A stretch of DNA of 64,000 bases, taken from positions 5,111-69,110 of the forward strand of contig JBGUNO010000028.1 in assembly GCA_045117415.1 (NCBI GenBank). Direction: 5' to 3'. The position numbers and the translations under genes are program-made. Shown piece by piece: positions 1 through 8,911 of the stretch; positions within the stretch are counted from its first letter, which is position 1; each line of letters begins with the position of its first letter. The notes under the pieces were generated by a model, which did not search any database, was not told the origin of the DNA, and saw only the letters and a program-made list of their open reading frames with translations. The DNA is from Prevotella sp. (GTDB lineage Bacteria; Bacteroidota; Bacteroidia; Bacteroidales; Bacteroidaceae).

Positions 1-1017
1 AAACGGCTTTTATATCTGGATAATCTGAAGGTGTGCCTGACAGTGTTGGTGATATTCCACCATGCTGGTCAGGCATACGGCGATGGTGGCGACTGGGCTT
101 ACCATCCCAGTAATCCTGCCGAGTTTATGCCTTGGATATGGCATTTCTTCTCCGTCAATGCTGCCTTCTTTATGGGACTGTTCTTCCTGATTTCAGGTTA
201 TTTCGTACCCACAAGTTTCGATAAGCAGGGAGCAAAGATTTTCGTACAGAAGAAACTCATCCGCTTGGGAATCCCGCTGTTACTGATGGGTGGACTGATC
301 TCTGTTTTATCAGGCAAGCCGGAGATTGGACACATGTGGTATATCGAGAGTCTGCTGGTGTTCTGTTTGATTTATGCCTTGGTACGCCAATGCTGCAAGC
401 CAATCAATGGTGAGTGCTCATCGAGACCTACCATCATCGGCCTGTTGATATTTGGTGGCATCATGGGCATAGGCAGTTACTTCATCCGTCAAGTCAGCCC
501 ACAGGATCATTGGATATGGCCCTTTGGCATCATCCCGTTGCCTATGGAGCCAGCCCACTATCTGCAATACGTCATGATGTTCGTTATCGGCATTCTGGCA
601 CGAAGATTTGCATGGCTCGAAAAGATGGGTAATACCACTGGAGCACTATCGTTAACGGTTGGCTGTCTTTTGGCTTTGGGCATCTATCTTCGCGATGGCG
701 GAGCTTGGAATGATTTCGTCGCTGAGTGGTTTGGTATCTATGAATCGCTTTTGTGCGTCTTCATCTGCTTTGGATTGATATGGTTATTCCGAGAATGTGG
801 AAACTGGGACAGTCTGTTTTGGCAATGGTGTGCCGCCCAGTCGTATGGTGCCTATATCTTCCATCTGCTGCTGATGATAATTCTGCAACATACCACCGAC
901 AGCATCTGGATGGGTGCCTTTGGAAAGTTTATGTTCATCGGCATAATCACCACCATCTGTTCGTATGTGCTCACATGGTTGGTAAGACTGATTCCTGGAG
1001 CGAAGAAAGTATTATGA
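1..1017 (+). CDS. Acyltransferase family 3 (OpgC/MdoC-like) membrane protein, 5' end outside window
   Basis: Frame is open from base 1 (KRLLYLDNLKVCLTVLVIFHH); FFMGLFFLISGYF and HMWYI motifs; many hydrophobic segments. Confidence 0.85.
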   Translation, partial: KRLLYLDNLKVCLTVLVIFHHAGQAYGDGGDWAYHPSNPAEFMPWIWHFFSVNAAFFMGLFFLISGYFVPTSFDKQGAKIFVQKKLIRLGIPLLLMGGLISVLSGKPEIGHMWYIESLLVFCLIYALVRQCCKPINGECSSRPTIIGLLIFGGIMGIGSYFIRQVSPQDHWIWPFGIIPLPMEPAHYLQYVMMFVIGILARRFAWLEKMGNTTGALSLTVGCLLALGIYLRDGGAWNDFVAEWFGIYESLLCVFICFGLIWLFRECGNWDSLFWQWCAAQSYGAYIFHLLLMIILQHTTDSIWMGAFGKFMFIGIITTICSYVLTWLVRLIPGAKKVL

Positions 1018-1043
1018 ATAACTATGGAAACTAAAATACTATT

Positions 1044-1742
1044 ATGAATAAAATGATAGCATGCTGTGGCATCAACTGCGAGACCTGTGAGGCTCGCATC
1101 GCCACGATGAAAAACGACGACAAGATGCGCGTCGAGGTTGCGAAGAAATGGTGCGAGATGAACCACACCGACCAGATTACGCCTGAGAGCATTAATTGCA
1201 CAGGATGCCGTGTGGATGGCATCAAGTTCTACTTCTGCAGCCACATGTGCGAGGTTCATAAATGTGTAGTAGCCAAAGGCTACGAGACTTGTGGCGACTG
1301 CCCAGATAAGGACACCTGCAAAAAGGTTGGCGTTATTTGGGAAAACTGCGCCGAGGCGAAGGGAAATTTGGAAGGTATGCGCTATAGAGAAGAAGCCATC
1401 GAATGTGTAAAAGATTATGTTCTCCAGATACATAAGCAAATATATGCCAAGTATAATGGTGATTTTGACAGGATCTATACGGAAGGGTACAACAACAAGT
1501 CCTATACGGGTAGGGTGATTGAGCCAGGAAAGGTTTATGAACTGAGCTATCTGGAATGTTCGTGCCCTAAAGTTAAATGTGGGTTGAGAAACCATCCGCA
1601 GCAATGTGAGTGCTCACGCCAGAGCATTCTATATATTCTGTCGCAACTTGAACCGGACAGCCAATTCGATGTTCAGATTGAGAATACAATTCTCAGGGGA
1701 AGCGACCGCTGTACTTTCAGAATAACAAAGGAAAACAAATAG
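1044..1742 (+). CDS. DUF3795-type Cys-rich protein fused to a second Cys-containing domain (DUF6144-like)
   Basis: ACCGINCETC, CTGC, CEVHKC and TCGDC in the N-half; ECSCP, CECSR and RCTFRI in the C-half. Confidence 0.65.
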   Translation: MNKMIACCGINCETCEARIATMKNDDKMRVEVAKKWCEMNHTDQITPESINCTGCRVDGIKFYFCSHMCEVHKCVVAKGYETCGDCPDKDTCKKVGVIWENCAEAKGNLEGMRYREEAIECVKDYVLQIHKQIYAKYNGDFDRIYTEGYNNKSYTGRVIEPGKVYELSYLECSCPKVKCGLRNHPQQCECSRQSILYILSQLEPDSQFDVQIENTILRGSDRCTFRITKENK

Positions 1743-1758
1743 AATCCTAAAATTTACA

Positions 1759-2865
1759 ATGAAAAATAAAGTAAAAATATTAGCATTGAGTGTGCTGGGA
1801 CTGGTGATAGTCGCAGGTGTGTTAGTGTGGATAGAGTTTGGAGCGCTGGTTAAAGGTGCAAATTCATGCGTAAAACTCGACGACGGAATGTACTATATGG
1901 AGTACAAGGGCGATGACGGGTTCAAGGAGTTGATGGCTCGCGGTGGATGCAATGATATCAGCGTACTGGCCAGCTACGTGATGGAGTTCTTGTCGAAGGG
2001 GCACTTCAAGCCCGACAGCATCAATGTGCCTGTCAAGCCCGTGGGCTGTTCTACGCTGACGGTCAAGACACCGGAGGACGGCGTGATGATGGCCCGCAAC
2101 TTTGACTATCCTTACGGTACAGCTCTGATCATGCACACCATTCCTGATGAAGGCTATGAGTCCATCACTACCTTCTCTACTGATTTCTTCGGCTTCGGCG
2201 AAAGGCAACGGGTAGGCGACGGAACGTCGGGAATGGACTACAAGCCTGAGGGATTCAAAAACCAGTATATGGCTCTGACAGGACTGTTCCTGGCCTTGGA
2301 CGGACTGAACGAGAAAGGATTAGCAATCGCCGTTCTCGATGCTGGTGACAAAGTGGTGACTCGTCAGAACACCAGCAAACCAGACCTGACCACAACGACT
2401 GCCGTGCAATATCTGCTGAAGAATGCGGCCAACATCGACGAGGCCCTAGCATTGCTGAAAGCCTCTGACATGAATTCCGACCCAGGTTCGGCTTATCACT
2501 TCTCGATGGCTGATGCTACGGGCAGAAGTGTGGCAGTGGAGTATGTGGATAATCAGATGGTGGTGACAGAGTCGCCCTTCGTGACTAACCACTACCTGTG
2601 CGAGGAGAAGTTCCAGGTGGGGCTGCATGAGAGCGATCACCGTCACGAGAAACTGATGGAGCAATACAACGCGGCTGGCGGCGTGATGAACGCAGACCAA
2701 CTGACGGAAACTATCGCATCGGTAACTCAGTTGCCCGAAAAAGGTGCCATCGTAGGCGGTACGCTTTGGACGATGGTGATGGATCTGACGCATCCCTCAG
2801 TCACCTACTATTCGCTTCGTCATTTCGACAAACCATTCCACTTTGCGCTTTCACGGACTGACTAA
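1759..2865 (+). CDS. Ntn hydrolase (linear amide C-N hydrolase / choloylglycine hydrolase-like) with N-terminal anchor
   Basis: GCST nucleophile, ARNFDY, DGLNEKGLAI, VTNHY motifs. Confidence 0.8.
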   Translation: MKNKVKILALSVLGLVIVAGVLVWIEFGALVKGANSCVKLDDGMYYMEYKGDDGFKELMARGGCNDISVLASYVMEFLSKGHFKPDSINVPVKPVGCSTLTVKTPEDGVMMARNFDYPYGTALIMHTIPDEGYESITTFSTDFFGFGERQRVGDGTSGMDYKPEGFKNQYMALTGLFLALDGLNEKGLAIAVLDAGDKVVTRQNTSKPDLTTTTAVQYLLKNAANIDEALALLKASDMNSDPGSAYHFSMADATGRSVAVEYVDNQMVVTESPFVTNHYLCEEKFQVGLHESDHRHEKLMEQYNAAGGVMNADQLTETIASVTQLPEKGAIVGGTLWTMVMDLTHPSVTYYSLRHFDKPFHFALSRTD

Positions 2866-2886
2866 AATGATAGGGATTACAGTGAT

Positions 2887-3048
2887 ATGAACATATTGAT
2901 CATAAACGGAAGTCCTCGGAAGAAGGGAATGATTTCGCAGATGCTCGGCATCATGCAAGAGGAGGCGGAGAAACGAGGTGACACGGTAATGCATCCAGAA
3001 TTGACAGAGAAAGAAAAACAGAAGTGTCGTAAGGCTATTGAGAATTAG
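2887..3048 (+). pseudogene. Flavodoxin-like / FMN reductase remnant, 53 aa
   Basis: MNILIINGSPRKKG start typical of the family; core of the fold is absent; stop at 3046-3048. Confidence 0.7.
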
Positions 3049-3187
3049 GGAGAAAGGTACGTGCTAACTTATGTGCAGTTTTTCTCAGAAATTTGGTATT
3101 TTCGGTAACTCTTCGTAACTTCGCAGCGTCAACAGATAAAATTATGAAAAAAGAATATATTATACAGGGAACAAAACAGAAGAACTT

Positions 3188-3736
3188 ATGAAGAAAATCC
3201 TTTTTATCGTTGGTTCGTTGAGAAAAGAATCCTTCAACCGACAACTTGCTCTAGAAGCAAAAAAGATAATCGGCACACAAGCCGAAGTGACGTATCTGGA
3301 ATATTCGGATGTTCCACTTATCAATCAAGACATTGAGTTCCCTGAACCGAAGGCAGTAGGACGGGTGAGAAACATTGTCAAGGAGACCGATGGCATCTGG
3401 GTGTTCACGCCGGAATACAATTTCAGCTACCCCGGCCATGTTAAGAATCTGTTCGACTGGCTCTCACGTCCAATAAAGGCTGGCGACTACGAGACCCCAA
3501 CAGTCATCAACGGAAAGAAAGTCGCTCTGACTGGTGCTGGAGGCAAAATGGCCACGGCGAAATGCCGTGAGAAACTGACGGAGCTGCTTACATTCATCAA
3601 GGCCGACGTGATGAAGCAACAGACAGGCATCGTGCTGAATCTAGAGGCTTGGACTGAAGGCCGCATGATTCTCACAGAAGAACAGTATGCTTCGCTAAAG
3701 ACACAGGCAGAAGCATTCCTCAAGTTCATTGAGTAA
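3188..3736 (+). CDS. NADPH-dependent FMN reductase
   Basis: IVGSLRKESFN, FTPEYN, KNLFDWLSR motifs. Confidence 0.9.
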   Translation: MKKILFIVGSLRKESFNRQLALEAKKIIGTQAEVTYLEYSDVPLINQDIEFPEPKAVGRVRNIVKETDGIWVFTPEYNFSYPGHVKNLFDWLSRPIKAGDYETPTVINGKKVALTGAGGKMATAKCREKLTELLTFIKADVMKQQTGIVLNLEAWTEGRMILTEEQYASLKTQAEAFLKFIE

Positions 3737-3761
3737 TGAAATGATTAATGGTTCACACATT

Positions 3762-4142
3762 TTATTCGATGATCACAGGCATATTCGCTTCTTTCCATGC
3801 GATGATGCCACCTTTGAGGTTCACACACTTGTAGCCAAGGCTTACCAACTTGCCTGCGGCATTGGCGGAGCGACGACCACTACGACAGTAGATGGCAATG
3901 GTCTTATCCATCGGTAGTTTTGTCTTGACCTGTTCCACGAAATCGCTCTGGAACTGGTCGATTAGAACAGCTCCCTTGATATGCCCTTCGGCATACTCCT
4001 CGGCTTTTCGCACGTCGAGAATTACTACGTTGGAGTCTGCTATCAATTCAGCAAACTCTTTCACTTCCATGTTCTCAAAATTCTGGCTACATGCTGTGTT
4101 AAGCCCGAGGGCTGTCAATAAAAGAATGATTACCCTTTTCAT
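3762..4142 (-). CDS. Rhodanese-like domain protein, probable lipoprotein
   Basis: LDVR, GHIKGA, YCRSGRRS, LKGGIIAW; NTAC lipobox-like signal. Confidence 0.9.
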   Translation of the reverse strand: MKRVIILLLTALGLNTACSQNFENMEVKEFAELIADSNVVILDVRKAEEYAEGHIKGAVLIDQFQSDFVEQVKTKLPMDKTIAIYCRSGRRSANAAGKLVSLGYKCVNLKGGIIAWKEANMPVIIE

Positions 4143-4214
4143 TGCTATACTGTTTTGACACCTATTTGAGGGAATTCAAAGCCTTCGTTAAGTCTAATTG
4201 TCTTCTGTCTCCTA

Positions 4215-4314
4215 TCAGAAACATTTAACAACTTCATCAAGAGACTTTCTCTCCGGACGATTCGGCTCCTCTGCCCTGTAGCCGAGTGCGATAACTGCCA
4301 TGACAGTTTCTTTC
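4215..4314 (-). pseudogene. C-terminal fragment of a nitroreductase-family gene
   Basis: Minus frame reads ETVMAVIALGYRAEEPNRPERKSLDEVVKCF*, with an in-frame stop just upstream. Confidence 0.6.
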
Positions 4315-4455
4315 TCATAGTTTCATTGTTTTGTGGAATGTATTCATATTGATGTTCCAATATTGAATTGGACAACAAAAATAAAATTCATTGCAAAAAT
4401 AAGAAAAAAAAAAGAAAATACAACTGTCTTTCTTCCAAATTATAACATTTTTAAT

Positions 4456-4463
4456 TATCTTTG
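4456..4463 (+). promoter_or_regulatory. Bacteroidota primary-sigma -7 element
   Basis: TATCTTTG directly upstream of the peptidase gene. Confidence 0.6.
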
Positions 4464-4476
4464 CGACCAATAGTTA

Positions 4477-5607
4477 ATGAACAAGAAATCAATGAGAAAG
4501 ATCACATTATTTGTCATCAGCCTGATGTGTTGTATGAGCACGTCAGCACAGGAGCATTTACAGAAAGGTGCAAAAAACTCGGAAGAGAAAAAATCTTTCA
4601 AGGTTATAAAGGAACTGCCTATAACAAGCGTAAAGAACCAATACCGGAGTGGAACGTGCTGGGCGTATGCCACACTAGGATATTTTGAGAGTGAGATATT
4701 ACGAAAGACGGGCAAGACCTATAATCTGTGTGAGATGTTCGCAGTCAACAAAGACTATATGGACTGTGCCACACATTATGTCCGCATGCACGGTTACAGT
4801 CAGATCTCTGAGGGAGGCTCGTGCGATGACGTGTTAGAAGTCATCCGCCAGCACGGCATCTGTCCAGAGGAAGCTATGCCGGCACCAGGATCGCTGACAG
4901 GAGACTCCCTGGCTAACTTCAAAGTATTCTTCCCCGAGCTGGAGCAAACGGTAAGAGGTATTATCAAGAAAGATGCCAAGACACCTTTACCACATTGGCA
5001 AGACAGTGTCCAGTCGGTCATTGAGCGCTATATCGGTCGTTGTCCTCAGTCGTTTGTCTATGAAGGAAAGACATACACGCCAAAGTCTTTTGCAGAAAGT
5101 CTTGGACTTGATTTCGAGGATTATGTCAGTCTGACGAGCTATACACACCATCCTTTCAACAAGTGGTTTATTATCGAGGCTCCTTACAAATGGCGATTGA
5201 AACCCAGTTACAATCTTCCCATCAACGAATTGATGGAGGTGCTCGACAAAGCACTGGACGCAGGCTATACGGTGGCATGGGGTGGCGATGTATCAGGGAA
5301 TTTCACACGTACAGGCATTGCTATGTTACCCGACAGTGTCATCCCCACTCAAGAATTGCGTCAAGAACAATGGAATAACTGGGAATTCACATACGACCAT
5401 GTGATGCTTATCTACGGAAAAGCTCTTGACGAGCAAGGAAAGCCCTACTACCTAGTAAAAAACTCATGGGGGAAATACGGACAATATGAGGGTATCTGGT
5501 ATATGTCACGCGACTTTATAACACTGAACACCACCTATCTGTTTCTCAACCGCCATGCGCTCCCCAAGAAATTGCGTGAGGATCTCAACGTCGCCGACTT
5601 CCACTAA
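4477..5607 (+). CDS. pepC: Aminopeptidase C (peptidase C1B), secreted
   Basis: NQYRSGTCW, DHVM, KNSWG catalytic motifs; signal peptide. Confidence 0.88.
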   Translation: MNKKSMRKITLFVISLMCCMSTSAQEHLQKGAKNSEEKKSFKVIKELPITSVKNQYRSGTCWAYATLGYFESEILRKTGKTYNLCEMFAVNKDYMDCATHYVRMHGYSQISEGGSCDDVLEVIRQHGICPEEAMPAPGSLTGDSLANFKVFFPELEQTVRGIIKKDAKTPLPHWQDSVQSVIERYIGRCPQSFVYEGKTYTPKSFAESLGLDFEDYVSLTSYTHHPFNKWFIIEAPYKWRLKPSYNLPINELMEVLDKALDAGYTVAWGGDVSGNFTRTGIAMLPDSVIPTQELRQEQWNNWEFTYDHVMLIYGKALDEQGKPYYLVKNSWGKYGQYEGIWYMSRDFITLNTTYLFLNRHALPKKLREDLNVADFH

Positions 5608-5631
5608 TCATGATAAAGATCACCAAGCACT

Positions 5632-6096
5632 ATGAAAAATAAAGGTAAACACAGGATACTCTTCGTGTGTCATGGGAATATCTGTCGTAGCCCGATGGCA
5701 GAATTTGTCATGAAGGACCTGGTGGAAAAGGCAGGTCTGGAAGACTCTTTCCTGATTGAATCGGCAGCAACATCGACAGAGGAGATAGGTAATCGCGTCT
5801 ATCCTCCTGCAAGACGTAAACTGGCAGAGCATGGTATCAGCTGTGAAGGAAAGACGGCACGTCAGATGACTCGCTCAGATTACGACCACTATGACCTACT
5901 GATAGGTATGGATTCCTGGAATATCCGAAACATGCGGAACATCTGTGGTGGTGATCCTGAAGGGAAAATCACGATGCTGATGGACTATACCAGTCGACCT
6001 GGCGACGTTGCCGACCCGTGGTACACTGGTGACTTTGAAGCAACCTGGCGCGATGTATTGGAGGGCTGTCGTGCCGTATTGGATCAATATGAGTAA
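5632..6096 (+). CDS. Low molecular weight protein-tyrosine phosphatase
   Basis: VCHGNICRSPMAE P-loop; DVADPWY. Confidence 0.95.
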   Translation: MKNKGKHRILFVCHGNICRSPMAEFVMKDLVEKAGLEDSFLIESAATSTEEIGNRVYPPARRKLAEHGISCEGKTARQMTRSDYDHYDLLIGMDSWNIRNMRNICGGDPEGKITMLMDYTSRPGDVADPWYTGDFEATWRDVLEGCRAVLDQYE

Positions 6097-7153
6097 GATC
6101 ATCGTAGCTATAGACTCGTTCAAGGGGTGTCTGACATCCGCGGAAGCGAATCAAGCAGCTGCGGAGGGCATCCTCCAGAAAATGCCTGATGCGGAGGTGA
6201 TACAGGTTCCCGTCAGTGATGGTGGCGAGGGATGGTTGGATGCATTCCTGTCAGCAACAAATGGACAGTTGGTGGATGTCCTTGTGAGAGACCCGCTAAT
6301 GCGTCCTATCGTGGCACAGTATCTGAAACAAGAGGATACGGCGGTCATTGAGATCGCCAAAGCGAGTGGACTGACTCTGCTCACACCAGAAGAGCGTAAT
6401 CCAATGGTAGCTACCAGCTATGGTACCGGACAGCTTATCGTGGATGCCGTACGCCGTGGGTGTAAAAAGATTATTGTAGGACTTGGTGGCAGCGGTACCA
6501 GTGACTGTGGTATCGGGATGTTGCGAGCGATCATTGATGCTTTCGCAAAAGGGGGCTCATGGGATGAGGTGCATCAACTAGAGGATATCCATTTCACTAT
6601 CGCCTCCGATGTCACGAATCCACTATGTGGCGAATATGGTGCAGCCTCTGTCTTCGCACCCCAGAAAGGAGCCACCCCAGAAATGGTCACTGCCCTCGAT
6701 GCACGTGCCAGACAATTTGCGGAGAAATCAGCACTCCATTTTGGCTATGACCGTCAGGAGATGACTGGTGCCGGGGCTGCCGGAGGACTGGGTTATGCCT
6801 TCCTGCAATACCTAAACGCAGACTGTCGCCCAGGTATTGACCTTCTTCTCGACGCTGTTCGTTTCAACGACATCCTTGAAGGGGCAGAGAGAGTGATTAC
6901 TGGCGAAGGGGCAGCCGACAGTCAGACACTCATGGGCAAATTACCTTATGGTATTCTCCAGCGAGCGAAACAATATCATGTTCCTGTCACACTCATTGCC
7001 GGTCGTATCAATGATTACCAACAATTGTTAGATGCCGGTTTCTCACAAGTTGAGTGCATCAATCCCCCTGCCCTTCCCTATGAAGAAGCTATCAAGCCAG
7101 AGACTGCGAAGGAAAATATCCGCATCACCATACCCATGACATGTTATCAATAG
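6089..7153 (+). CDS. glxK: Glycerate kinase (GlxK/GarK family); start moved to MSKIIVAIDSFKG
   Basis: DSFKG, SDGGEG, FAPQKGA, GAGAAGGLG, ITGEG motifs. Confidence 0.92.
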   Translation: MSKIIVAIDSFKGCLTSAEANQAAAEGILQKMPDAEVIQVPVSDGGEGWLDAFLSATNGQLVDVLVRDPLMRPIVAQYLKQEDTAVIEIAKASGLTLLTPEERNPMVATSYGTGQLIVDAVRRGCKKIIVGLGGSGTSDCGIGMLRAIIDAFAKGGSWDEVHQLEDIHFTIASDVTNPLCGEYGAASVFAPQKGATPEMVTALDARARQFAEKSALHFGYDRQEMTGAGAAGGLGYAFLQYLNADCRPGIDLLLDAVRFNDILEGAERVITGEGAADSQTLMGKLPYGILQRAKQYHVPVTLIAGRINDYQQLLDAGFSQVECINPPALPYEEAIKPETAKENIRITIPMTCYQ

Positions 7154-7232
7154 CCACCTACACAGTTATAAACAAAATCCATATTACAATTATAGTACGG
7201 ATTTTTTTTGCTTTTTATTAACCTACAGGCAT

Positions 7233-7262
7233 AAAAAAAGCCCGAACAAACATTCGGGCTTT
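7233..7262 (-). terminator. Rho-independent terminator, possibly bidirectional
   Basis: AAAGCCCGAA-CAAACA-TTCGGGCTTT with an A7 tract, between convergent genes. Confidence 0.8.
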
Positions 7263-7279
7263 CTGTTTCTTATAAATAA

Positions 7280-7696
7280 TTAATTCTTACCGTTGGTAGT
7301 TGTGATAACACCTTTGTTATAGGTAACATAGTAGATAGCAACTCTTTGATTATTGCTAACGCGCTTGCACTCAACAGTACATGTCATCACAGCGTCTCCG
7401 TACAAACCCTGAGCCTTATCAATCTCAAAGCCCTCTGCGATCAACTCAGCAGCATATTGTGTTGCCTTTTCTGCAGCATCGTCATTAGCACGATCAGAGG
7501 TACTTGACTTTTGCTTACACTGCATGATCAGCGCTTCACACTCTTCTTTTGTCAGGTTGCCTGGCTCATCAATCTTCAAAGAGGTCTCAATGGTATACCT
7601 GTTGTTGTCTTTGTCGTCGTCGCTACCACAGCTAGTTACTACAAATGCTGCCAATGCTACCAGCACCACAGCCATCATTGCTTGAAATTTCTTCAT
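7280..7696 (-). CDS. Hypothetical lipoprotein
   Basis: VTSC lipobox followed by acidic GSDDDKD; own -7 element at 7783-7790 and own terminator. Confidence 0.8.
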   Translation of the reverse strand: MKKFQAMMAVVLVALAAFVVTSCGSDDDKDNNRYTIETSLKIDEPGNLTKEECEALIMQCKQKSSTSDRANDDAAEKATQYAAELIAEGFEIDKAQGLYGDAVMTCTVECKRVSNNQRVAIYYVTYNKGVITTTNGKN

Positions 7697-7836
7697 TTTT
7701 GTAAATTGTTTAGTGAATAAATATTAATCTTAAAATGTTAATTATTCGCAACTATTTATTGTTCATCACGAAATATTGGCTGCAAAAGTACAAAAAATAG
7801 TCAATGTCACAATAGTACAGACCATTTTTTTGTGTG

Positions 7837-7878
7837 TTCAGACAAGATTGATAGGATTTCAGACAAGATTGATAGGAT
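7837..7878. repeat. Perfect 21-bp tandem repeat, two copies
   Basis: TTCAGACAAGATTGATAGGAT at 7837 and 7858. Confidence 0.9.
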
Positions 7879-8019
7879 AATCAGTAGGAATAGAGGCATC
7901 AATCGGTATGAAGCTACCCATCAGTTACTGATTGATTTTTTTATGAATTTACATAAAAAAAGGTTGCTTGTCAATTAAAAAATTTGTTATATCTTTGCAC
8001 GTAGAAATAAAAGAACGAT

Positions 8020-8754
8020 ATGATGACAAGCATTAAACACTCCCATGCATTGACAGACTATTTCAAGAACGTCCAAGAACAGAACAAGGCTACAGGCTAT
8101 ATCCACTCCTGTCCGGAACTGATGGAGTGCATCCAACAGATTGGGTTCCTTCCACTCTTGGAGAGTGGCATTACCGGGTATTCGGCAGAGGATCTGGTGG
8201 ATGAGGACAATCGCTACGTGATACGTCCTGATGGTGGCTGGGACTGGCCTCTGTGGAAATGGAAAGGACCGATCGTGCAAGAAGGCTTCTGCGTATATGG
8301 CAAATTCTTTGCCGGCAAGGCAGGATTTATCAGCCGGGAGTGGTGGCCCGACTTCTGTAATTATCGCAGGAGCAAAACCCCAGCACCTGCTGAGGGCAGT
8401 ATTGAGGAAGCCATTTTGTTGACGCTTCAGGAACAAGGCAGTATGATCACACGTGAGCTGCGTGCTGCCTGTGGTTTCACCGGTCCCAAAATGCGTAGCA
8501 AGTTCGACGGCTATATCACCCGTTTGCAGATGGCATGTCGTATCGTCACAGAGGACTTCGTCTATCCACGTGACAAACATAATAATGAGTACGGATGGGG
8601 ATGGGCTTTACTCACCACCCCGGAACAGTTGTTAAGACGTGAGGCTAGTCAGTGCGAGTGGACACCCGAGGAATCATACCAGCGCATGGCGGAGCATCTC
8701 ATGAAGCTTATACCAAGTGCCACCGAGAAACAAATCGAAAAACTACTCAAATAA
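8020..8754 (+). CDS. AlkZ/YcaQ-related winged-helix protein
   Basis: IGFLPL, PLWKWK, YGKFFAGKAGFISREWWPDF, YGWG motifs; TATCTTTG at 7990. Confidence 0.6.
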   Translation: MMTSIKHSHALTDYFKNVQEQNKATGYIHSCPELMECIQQIGFLPLLESGITGYSAEDLVDEDNRYVIRPDGGWDWPLWKWKGPIVQEGFCVYGKFFAGKAGFISREWWPDFCNYRRSKTPAPAEGSIEEAILLTLQEQGSMITRELRAACGFTGPKMRSKFDGYITRLQMACRIVTEDFVYPRDKHNNEYGWGWALLTTPEQLLRREASQCEWTPEESYQRMAEHLMKLIPSATEKQIEKLLK

Positions 8755-8911
8755 GACAAATTGAAGTAATCAGATCCTTTATAAATATTATGGTACAAAA
8801 ATAAGGATATTTCATGAATTATTTGTAATTTTGTACCCATATTTAAAAGTTTTAAGAATTGTAATGAATGTAAACATCAGAAAATAAATAACAAAAACTA
8901 AACGGTTCAAG

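Noticed and set aside
4145-4378. 77-aa minus-strand ORF from the track
   Set aside because: No recognisable motif; another frame encodes a nitroreductase tail
7186-7832. Similar ATAGTAC.GA...TTTTTT strings on both sides of the lipoprotein gene as possible att sites
   Set aside because: Short, imperfect and AT-rich; no integrase nearby
8755-8911. Cobalamin riboswitch or invertible promoter before the TonB receptor
   Set aside because: No riboswitch core visible; the GGTACAAAA/TTTTGTACC inverted repeat is short, closely spaced and explained by back-to-back -7-like boxes
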